Assembly: GCA_963667725.2 (NCBI GenBank)
Contig: CAXXHO010000005.1
Coordinates: 672,001 to 736,000 of the forward strand
Reading direction: 5' to 3'
DNA from: Treponemataceae bacterium
Lineage (GTDB): Bacteria; Spirochaetota; Spirochaetia; Treponematales; Rectinemataceae
DNA length: 64,000 nt
The translations under genes were made by a program, and so were the position numbers. The notes below the pieces were generated by a model. The model did no database searches. It saw only the letters and a list, made by a program, of their open reading frames with translations, and had not been told where the DNA came from. Shown piece after piece: positions 26,616 to 34,363 of the stretch; positions within the stretch are counted from its first letter, which is position 1, and every line of letters starts with the position of its first letter.

Positions 26616-27809
26616 ATGAATACACTATACGAAATCCTCGATTCGTTGCGTATTGTTCAGGCGCGGCTGGAAGATGCGCTCAAGACGCCCGCCAGGCCTT
26701 GGCAAGGCGGCGCGGCGCTACGCGGCGGCGCGGCCCTGAAAGACAGATCAATGCTTCTCTATGGTCCGCGCGGGGTCGGTAAAACAACCTTTCTTGTGCG
26801 CGAAGCCAAAGCGAGGGGAGCCGTCTACCTCAGCATGGATCATCCCGCCCTTGCAAACCTATCGGTCTATACTGTCGCGGAAGCGCTGTTTCAGCGAGGA
26901 GTGATGCAGGTCTGCCTGGATGAAATCCACTACGCGACACATTGGAGCGAGGATCTCAAGGCCTTGTACGACGCGTGGCCTGATCGCTCCATCTGGGCTT
27001 CCGGATCGGATTCGCTCCTGTTGTCATCGGGAATAGGGGATCTTTCGCGACGCTACATCGGCATCGCCATGCCATTTCTGTCGTTTCGGGAGTTTCTGGT
27101 TCTCAAAGGATATCCGGATTTCGGAGTCCATGACCCTTTCTCGACGGATACCACATGGGTGTCGAGCGTCATGGCGGCAGGCAACATTCTTAGGCTTTTC
27201 GAAACCTATTTGGTATCAGGTCTACGTCCGCTTTTCATGGAGGGCGAAGACCGCTACGCCACCCGGATATTGCAGGTCGTTCAAAAGACGCTTGAAGCTG
27301 ATATCCCACGTATTGTGCAAACGGTGGCCCAAAATCATTTTAGCCTGATGAACGCGGTGCTCGGATATCTATCACAGACGAATATTCCCGTGGTACAGGT
27401 AAATTCACTCTGCCGCGAGTGGAATGTCGGAAAAGAGAAGCTCTATGCCCTTTTGCAGGCAATGGAGCAAACAGGCTTGATCAGGATTGTACGAAAGCCG
27501 AGCGATCACGCGGCGCGATCGATCGGCGCCAAGCTCTTTCTGGCAGATCCATCCCTGTACCCGGCGCTCAGCGGGAAGGAAGGCAACGCGCGGGAAGCCT
27601 TTGTGGCCTGCGCGTTTTCTTCAGCGAGGCATAGGGTCTACGCCGCTCAGGATGAACAGGAAGGTGATTTCCTCGTGGATGACTCTTTTCTGATTGAGAT
27701 TGGCGGATCGCGAAAACCTCGGAAGAAGGCGAATTTCGTGATTCGCGACGGCGCGGATTATCCCGTACCGGGAGTAATCCCTTTATGGATGATGGGATTC
27801 GGCTGGTAG
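26616..27809 (+). CDS. AAA+ ATPase, AAA_14/DUF4143 type
   Basis: GPRGVGKT, LDEIH, ASGS, LSRR, KLFLADP and GDF...IEIGG motifs. Confidence 0.85.
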   Translation: MNTLYEILDSLRIVQARLEDALKTPARPWQGGAALRGGAALKDRSMLLYGPRGVGKTTFLVREAKARGAVYLSMDHPALANLSVYTVAEALFQRGVMQVCLDEIHYATHWSEDLKALYDAWPDRSIWASGSDSLLLSSGIGDLSRRYIGIAMPFLSFREFLVLKGYPDFGVHDPFSTDTTWVSSVMAAGNILRLFETYLVSGLRPLFMEGEDRYATRILQVVQKTLEADIPRIVQTVAQNHFSLMNAVLGYLSQTNIPVVQVNSLCREWNVGKEKLYALLQAMEQTGLIRIVRKPSDHAARSIGAKLFLADPSLYPALSGKEGNAREAFVACAFSSARHRVYAAQDEQEGDFLVDDSFLIEIGGSRKPRKKANFVIRDGADYPVPGVIPLWMMGFGW

Positions 27810-27810
27810 C

Positions 27811-27837
27811 AAAAGTTAACAAACGGGGTCAGACCCC
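27811..27837 (+). repeat. REP-like copy 7 (left arm + core)
   Basis: AAAAGTTAACAAACGGGGTCAGACCCC; supplies the GV* end of vapC and abuts the ATPase stop. Confidence 0.88.
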
Positions 27838-28242
27838 AGCGGAAGGATCCATAAGGGAGAGGTCACGGAAATATTCGCGGTAGTAGCCGCGGTCGCGAGC
27901 CAGGAGACGATCGGCATTCAAACGCGCGTGGGCAGCGATTAGAAAATCAGGCAGAACGCGTCGGGACTGGCCGCGGTTTTTCAGGTACGAAGCGTAGATC
28001 GAGCCTGCGAGCGTGGCGCTCTCAAGGGAGGCGGGCAGGAACTCAAGGCCCACATCGCCCAGGAAGGCCGCGAGTTGCTGGTCGGAAGCCAAGGCTGGCC
28101 TTAGTTCGGCGATAACAGATTCGCAGACAACCAGCCTGCCCGAAGCTCGGGCTTCAGCTAACGCAGCTTCCGAATTCGCTGCGTGGCGCGGATCATCGGT
28201 AAGAATATCGAGAAGCACCGATGTGTCGACAGCGGTTGTCAT
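27829..28242 (-). CDS. vapC: PIN-domain (VapC) toxin
   Basis: AVDTSVLLD, VIAE, LPDFLIAAHA and LLARD motifs. Confidence 0.88.
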   Translation of the reverse strand: MTTAVDTSVLLDILTDDPRHAANSEAALAEARASGRLVVCESVIAELRPALASDQQLAAFLGDVGLEFLPASLESATLAGSIYASYLKNRGQSRRVLPDFLIAAHARLNADRLLARDRGYYREYFRDLSLMDPSAGV

Positions 28243-28463
28243 CCGCGAACCTCGTCCAAATACGCATCGACATCGGAGATGCCCCCAGGAAGATGCCCTT
28301 TACCCCGCCATGTTCTCAGCGCGTCCTGAGGTTCTTTCTTGGTTCCGATGATTTTACCCTGTACCAGCTCGAATTCGATGATCGTACCAGGACGGATGCC
28401 CAGCTTGGTGCGTATAGCCTTGGGCAGGGTTATCTGGCCTCGTTCGGATACGGTAGTTTTCAT
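28239..28463 (-). CDS. AbrB/MazE/SpoVT-family antitoxin
   Basis: MKTTVSERGQITLPKAIRTKLGIRPG. Confidence 0.88.
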   Translation of the reverse strand: MKTTVSERGQITLPKAIRTKLGIRPGTIIEFELVQGKIIGTKKEPQDALRTWRGKGHLPGGISDVDAYLDEVRG

Positions 28464-28520
28464 ACTTTTATAGTAAGTATTCATATTTTTTTTGTCAAGG
28501 CTGGTATTGGGCTAGGGCAA

Positions 28521-28558
28521 AAAGTTAACAAACGGGGTCAGACCCCGAATTTTAACTT
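28521..28558 (+). repeat. REP-like palindrome, copy 8
   Basis: AAAGTTAACAAACGGGGTCAGACCCCGAATTTTAACTT; the dehydratase stop overlaps the arm end. Confidence 0.9.
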
Positions 28559-29747
28559 ACATCTTGGCGTCGAGGAATTTGCCGGTTTCTTTGTGGGCGA
28601 ACTCGGGGATGGTGGCGTTGAAGAGGTCGATAAGCTGGGCGCGGGTCCAATGGCCTTTTTCGCGCATAACGCGTATCTCGGACTCGAAGCGTTTGAGGGC
28701 GGGCGCGTCATAGGCAGGTTCATTTTTGATGACGCCGATGGATTCGAAGCGGTCCAGGTCGAGGCTTTCCTTATCGGTGAAGAATTCCTCAAAGTCCTTT
28801 TCGCCCGTCGTGTCGCTCGCGAAGAAGAAAACGGGCCACTTGCCCTGCGCTTTCAATTCGCCCACGCGGGCGCGAGCTTCATCCTCGCTCGCACACTCCA
28901 CTGGCTCATAGCCCCGATGTTTCAAATATCTTTCCGCGATCTCGGAGAACGTTATGAGATTGGCCTCCGCGTTGAGTTTTGGAAAGAAAAGATCGCGGTT
29001 TTCGCCCAGAAGGGCGGACATCAGACAGAGCTCGCCCGATTCCTTGGGCGTGACAAAGTAGCGCCTGACATCGTTGGGAGCGGAAATGGGCTGTTCTTTC
29101 TCAAGGCGTCTATTGAAACCATAGAGTAGGCTTCCATCGGAGAAGGCCACGTTGGCGAAACGGGCGGTGGAAACGGGCAGCTCGAGGCTCCGGCGCATAA
29201 GAAAATATTCCATAATACGCTTGCTGGCGCCCATCATGTTCACGGGATTAGCCGCCTTGTCTGTCGACACGCAGAAATATTTCCTCGCGCCCGCCGCGGC
29301 GGCCTGCCTCATAGTTTTATCGGTGTTAAACACATTGACGTCGACCATGCGCATCAAGGTATAAGGATCCTTCTCGCTGCGCACATGTTTCAGCGCGGAA
29401 AGATTGAGCACGTAATCGTAACCGGGGCCGTTCTTCATGAAGGCGTCGAAGATGTCGCTGCCCGCGTCGATGGCGAAGGTGGCGAATTCGCCCGAAGAAT
29501 AGCCGATGGACGAGCGCAGGTCGCGCACCAGCTCGACCATGTTGTTCTCGCTGATGTCCACCACATGAAGCAGCTTAGGATCGCGCCTGAAAATCTCGCG
29601 CGTGACCGCCTGCCCAATGGAACCAGCGCCGCCTATAACAAGAAAACGCGAGGCCTTGACGAAGCGCGACAGCTCGACCTCGCGGGAAGCCAGATCGGCA
29701 GCGAAGAGTTCTTCCTTTCTGCCGATGATATCAAGAATGGAATCCAT
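28557..29747 (-). CDS. UDP-N-acetylglucosamine 4,6-dehydratase family protein (Polysacc_synt_2)
   Basis: GGAGSIG, SALKHV, STDKAANPVNMMGASK and RFANV motifs. Confidence 0.85.
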   Translation of the reverse strand: MDSILDIIGRKEELFAADLASREVELSRFVKASRFLVIGGAGSIGQAVTREIFRRDPKLLHVVDISENNMVELVRDLRSSIGYSSGEFATFAIDAGSDIFDAFMKNGPGYDYVLNLSALKHVRSEKDPYTLMRMVDVNVFNTDKTMRQAAAAGARKYFCVSTDKAANPVNMMGASKRIMEYFLMRRSLELPVSTARFANVAFSDGSLLYGFNRRLEKEQPISAPNDVRRYFVTPKESGELCLMSALLGENRDLFFPKLNAEANLITFSEIAERYLKHRGYEPVECASEDEARARVGELKAQGKWPVFFFASDTTGEKDFEEFFTDKESLDLDRFESIGVIKNEPAYDAPALKRFESEIRVMREKGHWTRAQLIDLFNATIPEFAHKETGKFLDAKM

Positions 29748-29767
29748 AGCGCACCTTATTGTAAGTA

Positions 29768-31408
29768 GGGATTCCTGAAGAACCCGCTTTTCAATCTTTC
29801 AAGCCGCTCTCAACAGCCCCATTGGTATAAATTTTAATCGTTCTGCTATTTCAATAATCGTATCAATGAGCAACACAAAAAGGGCTTTCGCCTTTCTCCT
29901 TGCCAACACCATGAGGTTCATCACCAAGAATACCATCATGATGGAAGTCTCGCTCGTTTCCTTAAGCTTCGTTCCAATACTATCGAGCGTATAACGTCGT
30001 TTCGCTTCTCCAAACTTGCCCTCTACCGCGATCCTCATGCTCTCATCTTCTCGCTCGATTCTTTTTTGTTCACGTATTCGTTCTTTATTCTTGCCGTTAA
30101 CCTTGAACGGCCTTCCCAGCTTCGGCCCCGATAATCGTATCCCATACTCTTGGCAGTACTGCAGATTCTCCCTCGTCCTATAGATCTTATCGGCGCATAC
30201 CGCTTCTGGATATCTCCCATATCGCCGCTTATAGCTTTCTATTTGCCCTTTCAAATCTTTGCATTCGTTGTAGGAATCCCATGAGAGCCTATAGACTTCC
30301 GCCATTCCATCAACAAGGCTCAACGAGAGCTTCGCTCCAAACTCATACATTCCTCGGGCCTTTCCTCTCGCGATCGGACGCACCCAAGGCTTACTTATGC
30401 TTAAGATCCTTCCTTCTATCGACCAGGTGTCACTGCGGTACAATTCTCTCTGCTGGCGGACCAATTCTCCGATTACCCACAGATCCTGCCGCTGCTTTCT
30501 CGAGAGCGAAGTTATCCCTACTTTGTCCTTGTATTCATTGATCAACCGCAGGTTCCGCTCGACATATTGGATCTGCGTTTTCAACGCTCTCCTTATCGTA
30601 TTCACTCTCGGCTTTCGGTTCCGTATGAAGGTCAGAAACTCTTTTCTCGCCTTCTTCCTATACGTCCTTGGTTTTTCCCAACCCTCCGGCATTTCTTTCT
30701 GGAGCGTATCGATGATACTTTCAGTCTTCCTTCTCGCTTCATCCAGCAAGGTCACATCATGGGGGAATCTCATATCTTCGGGAGCGCAGGTAGCATCAAC
30801 GATCAAGGTCCCTTTATTCTCTTGCCCTTTCTCTTCTCCATCCCCTGCGCCGTTGCCTTTATCTTCATCATCATGGTGTTCATCGTCGGCTTTGCTCTTC
30901 TCGATGATCAATGAATTCACTTCTTTCAGGACGTCAGCAGATAATCGTTTCCTGAAATGCACCATCATGCTCGGATCGAAAGGTATCTCATATTTGTATC
31001 CTTCGTATCCTAAGAAGAACTGTAGATAAGGACTCTCTCGAATATCCTCCACCAGTTCTTCATCTGAAAGATTCTTCTTCTCTTTTATTATGAGAGCGCC
31101 TAACGCGACTCTCACCGGTATCGCCGGCCTTCCATTATTAGCGACGAACAGCTTTGAATATTTCTCTTCGACATCTTTCCAAGGGATCAGGCTTGCCAAG
31201 ATTACCCAACGATTATCCGCTTTCAAGCTGCCGCCGAACACCATGTCGAACTGATCAAACTCAGGCGTATACTTTGGTATTCTGTACATCTTCGCCTTCC
31301 AAGTGCACGACTTTTTCACGCTTTTCTTCAATTTCCGTGCACTTTTCCGGTCCATTATATCATATATTCCTTTAACTGATTTGACTTTATTTCTTTTTCA
31401 GGAGCCCC
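29768..31408 (-). mobile_element. Intact IS5-family insertion sequence
   Basis: TIRs GGGATTCCTGAAGAA / GGGGCTCCTGAAAAA; 6-bp target duplication TAAGTA at 29762-29767 and 31409-31414. Confidence 0.88.
29799..31355 (-). CDS. IS5-family DDE transposase
   Basis: GRPAIP, FDPSMMVHFRKR, IVDATC, EFGAK, ADKIY and RIAVEGKFGEAKR motifs; start may be MYRIP. Confidence 0.9.
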   Translation of the reverse strand: MDRKSARKLKKSVKKSCTWKAKMYRIPKYTPEFDQFDMVFGGSLKADNRWVILASLIPWKDVEEKYSKLFVANNGRPAIPVRVALGALIIKEKKNLSDEELVEDIRESPYLQFFLGYEGYKYEIPFDPSMMVHFRKRLSADVLKEVNSLIIEKSKADDEHHDDEDKGNGAGDGEEKGQENKGTLIVDATCAPEDMRFPHDVTLLDEARRKTESIIDTLQKEMPEGWEKPRTYRKKARKEFLTFIRNRKPRVNTIRRALKTQIQYVERNLRLINEYKDKVGITSLSRKQRQDLWVIGELVRQQRELYRSDTWSIEGRILSISKPWVRPIARGKARGMYEFGAKLSLSLVDGMAEVYRLSWDSYNECKDLKGQIESYKRRYGRYPEAVCADKIYRTRENLQYCQEYGIRLSGPKLGRPFKVNGKNKERIREQKRIEREDESMRIAVEGKFGEAKRRYTLDSIGTKLKETSETSIMMVFLVMNLMVLARRKAKALFVLLIDTIIEIAERLKFIPMGLLRAA

Positions 31409-31433
31409 TAAGTATTTTCGGCAAAAAAAGTTA

Positions 31434-31560
31434 GACAGGATAACAGGATCTATCACGATTAACAAAAAAATCTTTCTGGTAAAGAGAAGAATCTCTCTTT
31501 CTTTTCTTTCTTTACCCAAAACTCTTCCCTGTCAGTCTTGCCCGTCCCGTTATCCTGTCC
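31434..31560. repeat. Family-2 repeat: full hairpin fused directly to REP copy 9
   Basis: GACAGGATAACAGGAT...GGTAAAGAGAAGAA...TCTTTACCC...CCCGTTATCCTGTCC. Confidence 0.8.
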
Positions 31561-31585
31561 AAGTTAAAAATCGGGGTCAGACCCC
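31561..31585 (+). repeat. REP-like copy 9 (left arm + core)
   Basis: AAGTTAAAAATCGGGGTCAGACCCC. Confidence 0.88.
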
Positions 31586-31644
31586 ATATGGTGCAAATTG
31601 TAAATACAATTGACAATATACACCAGGCTACCTATACTTATACT

Positions 31645-32808
31645 ATGATCCCACGAATCCTGGCTGGAAAAATCGTTCAATGGAGCGGCGAGTACCCGGT
31701 TGTCACTGTCACGGGGCCTCGCCAATCGGGAAAGTCGACGCTCTGCAAGGCACTGTTTCCGGACAAACCCTATGTCTCGCTGGAGGAAAGTTCCCTGCGA
31801 CTCCAGGCAATCGAAGATCCGCGCGGCTTTCTGGCGCGATATCCGGACGGAGCCATACTGGACGAAATCCAACGGGTGCCCGAACTATCGTCTTATATTC
31901 AGACTATTGTGGACAGCCGCGACAGGCCGGGGATGTTCATCCTGACGGGGAGCCAGCAGTTCGAGCTTATGGCTGGTGTCTCGCAATCGCTGGCCGGACG
32001 CACGGCTATAGCGCGCCTTCTGCCCCTGAGCTACCAAGAACTCTACTCCACACGCTCCGCCCCAGATCTTTCGACTATGCTCTATACCGGATTCTATCCC
32101 CGTATCCATGACAAGAAGCTTGATCCATCTGAGGCGATGTCCTTCTATTTTTCGACCTATGTCGAGCGGGACTTGCGGCAGATTCTTCAGGTGAAAGATT
32201 TGGGCAACTTCGAGCGATTCATGCGCCTTCTGGCGGGACGCAATGGCCAGATTCTGAACGCGAGCAGCCTGGCGGGTGAATGCGGCATCAGCCATGGGAC
32301 CGTGAGAGGCTGGATCAGCGTCCTTCAGCAAAGTTCTCTGGTATACCTTCTTCAGCCATACTATCGGAACCTTGGCAAGCGTCTGGTGAAGTCGCCGAAG
32401 CTGTACTTCCTCGACACCGGATTGCTGTGCTGGCTTCTGAACATTTTCAGTCCCGAGCACCTGAATACCCACCCTTTGCGAGGGGCGATTTTCGAAGCTT
32501 ACGTCGTCGCGGAATTCCTCAAGTCACTGTATAACCGCGGGAAGCCGGACACCCTTCTCTACTTCAGGGATCAGAAAGGACATGAGGTGGATCTGCTTTC
32601 GGAAACTCAGCCAGAAACCCTTCTGTGTGAAATCAAATCATCCGCTACCTTCCATCCTGATTTTATTGCAGGGATGAACTATGTTGAAACTTTGCTGGCG
32701 CAGCCGGCCCAGCCGGTCAAAAAGCGGCTTATCATGGGGTCTTTGGATGAACCTTACTGGTTCAAGGACACCCAGGTACTCAGCTATCCCAATGCGGGCG
32801 ACGTGTGA
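31645..32808 (+). CDS. AAA+ ATPase, AAA_14 + DUF4143 type
   Basis: MIPR..GPRQSGKST, LDEIQR, LTGSQ, SLAGR, KSPKLYFLDTG and EVDL...EIKS motifs. Confidence 0.9.
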   Translation: MIPRILAGKIVQWSGEYPVVTVTGPRQSGKSTLCKALFPDKPYVSLEESSLRLQAIEDPRGFLARYPDGAILDEIQRVPELSSYIQTIVDSRDRPGMFILTGSQQFELMAGVSQSLAGRTAIARLLPLSYQELYSTRSAPDLSTMLYTGFYPRIHDKKLDPSEAMSFYFSTYVERDLRQILQVKDLGNFERFMRLLAGRNGQILNASSLAGECGISHGTVRGWISVLQQSSLVYLLQPYYRNLGKRLVKSPKLYFLDTGLLCWLLNIFSPEHLNTHPLRGAIFEAYVVAEFLKSLYNRGKPDTLLYFRDQKGHEVDLLSETQPETLLCEIKSSATFHPDFIAGMNYVETLLAQPAQPVKKRLIMGSLDEPYWFKDTQVLSYPNAGDV

Positions 32809-32834
32809 AAAGTTAAAAATCGGGGTCAGACCCC
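32808..32834 (+). repeat. REP-like copy 10 (left arm + core)
   Basis: AAAAGTTAAAAATCGGGGTCAGACCCC; first base is the A of the ATPase TGA; core supplies the GV* end of ImmA. Confidence 0.88.
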
Positions 32835-33390
32835 GGTCATTAACTGTCGAGAAGAGATGTTCTCATCGCTGATTCTTCTAGAAACAACATTTTCAGACAC
32901 TCCAAAGTATTCTATGGCGGCATCTGCGATAACTCGCTTGAGATATTCAGCAGATCGCACCGTGATAACCGGATCATGCGTTTTTTGGTATGCAACCCGT
33001 TGCTCATCGAAGAAGCGGCGAAGCTCTAGCGAAGGCACAAGGAGATTGCCCGCAAAATTATTGGCTTGATACTCGAACCATTTATGGGCTTTATCTGATT
33101 TTAAGCGATGGAAATTAATATAGTCGTCGAGATCATTAAATCGTTGTTTAGGATAAAGCTCCGCATGAAGGATGATATGACTTATCTCATGAGCCATGGA
33201 AAAACGAAGGCGATTCACATAACGTTCATCCATGTATTCATACTCATCAACATGCATCGTTCGAAAGTCAAAGGCCTTCGATATCGATAGGAAATATCCT
33301 ACAACGAGCAAAACGAGATCTAAAATGCTCTACTTTGGCTTTTATCTCATCGTCCTCCATGAAGGGAGGGCAAAGATCTTCATTCGCCAT
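32826..33390 (-). pseudogene. ImmA/IrrE-family metallopeptidase, frameshifted near its 5' end
   Basis: RFSMAHEISH and EYQANNFAGNLLVP motifs; likely natural start ATG 33390 (MANEDLCPPF...PIDIEGL*) is out of frame with the catalytic part. Confidence 0.65.
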
Positions 33391-33751
33391 CAGTGCTTCT
33401 CGAAAGGATCTCGATGATCTTTCTAAAATCCTCTTCTGTAGGCTTTACATTGTCCACCGTTCTTAAGAAAGCGGGGAGCTGGCCTAAAATCACCTCATTC
33501 GTCATGATGAATTTTGGAATACTCCCGGCTGCAACTTCCGCCTTTGCTATGAAGTCCTGAATGGAATTTGGAGGAATTCCCACTACCAAAGCAATTCTTT
33601 CCAATCGATCGTGGTCGGTGGGTGGAGCCATGAGCTCTCTTTCGATCTTGCTCCAATTGCTTGGATCTTCCCCCGTGGCCTTGCAGAATTCCCGCAAGGA
33701 AATACTTTTAGAAATCCTCAAGTCTTTAACTTCATTGCCAAACATCAGCAC
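33380..33751 (-). CDS. Xre-family HTH regulator (partner of ImmA)
   Basis: FGNEVKDLRISKSISLREFCKATGEDPSNWSKIER. Confidence 0.8.
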   Translation of the reverse strand: MLMFGNEVKDLRISKSISLREFCKATGEDPSNWSKIERELMAPPTDHDRLERIALVVGIPPNSIQDFIAKAEVAAGSIPKFIMTNEVILGQLPAFLRTVDNVKPTEEDFRKIIEILSRSTDGE

Positions 33752-33900
33752 CTCCGTGTGTGGTATTTTTATACCACACTCTTAATTTACTACGTATTGG
33801 TGCTATGTCAACCACAAATCATACTAATTTTACAAAATATATTTCATCAATATTTATCTCAGCGACAACAATCTATACCACTACTTTTTCTTCCTTCAGG

Positions 33901-33927
33901 AAAAGTTAAAAATTAGGGTCAGACCCC
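33901..33927 (+). repeat. REP-like copy 11 (left arm + core)
   Basis: AAAAGTTAAAAATTAGGGTCAGACCCC; supplies GV* to the DegT fragment. Confidence 0.85.
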
Positions 33928-34323
33928 CAAATGTGACTTTAGGGAGTCGCAGACTAGGTCTACTTCGGCTATCGTCATCGTGGGATAGAGGGGAAGCGTG
34001 AGTTCGTGTTCGCTGATGTACTGGCTCTTGGGCGTTGGGCCAACCCTGTCCTTGTACGCGGTGAAGCTCTGTATCGAAGGATAGTGGATGGAAGTCTGGA
34101 TGCCATCCTCCTTCATCCGCTCAATGAGCGCGGCCCTATCGATTTCTTTGGAAAGAAGAACCGGCATGATATGGTAGGTAGGAGTTCCTCTATCGTAATG
34201 GCGGAACGGAACGCTCAAGAATTCTTTCATCGCGTCCAGCCTGAAAAAATACCGCGCCACAAGCGCCGCGCGGGCGGCATTCGCCTCTGGCAACTTAGCA
34301 AGCTGCACAAGCCCCAAAGCGGA
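33919..34323 (-). pseudogene. 3' fragment of a DegT aminotransferase, near-identical to about 38790-39176
   Basis: Near-identical protein sequence LGLVQLAKLPEANAARAALV...EVDLVCDSL; no 5' part. Confidence 0.9.
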
Positions 34324-34363
34324 AAAGTTAAAAATCGGGGTCGGACCTCCATTATTAACTTTT
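34323..34363 (+). repeat. REP-like copy 12 (degenerate)
   Basis: AAAAGTTAAAAATCGGGGTCGGACCTCCATTATTAACTTTT; abuts the manC stop. Confidence 0.8.

Noticed and set aside
28538..28792. ORFs 28538-28792 (KLKFGV*) and 31564-31872 (GSDPDF*) ending in the repeats
   Set aside because: Alternative-frame or antisense overlaps of real genes; not counted among genes terminated by the repeat.
21649..34363. Classical integron with attC sites
   Set aside because: No IntI tyrosine recombinase in the window. The palindromes run GTT...AAC, the opposite order to attC (RYYYAAC...GTTRRRY), are shorter than attC sites and lack the extrahelical-base pattern.
21649..34363. CRISPR array
   Set aside because: Spacing is 0.4-3 kb and contains whole genes; no cas genes seen.
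21649..34363. Repeats as plain rho-independent terminators or Xer/dif sites
   Set aside because: They may terminate transcription incidentally, but they share primary sequence, overlap coding ends, occur between divergent genes and have a 1-nt centre. They do not match the 11-6-11 dif consensus.
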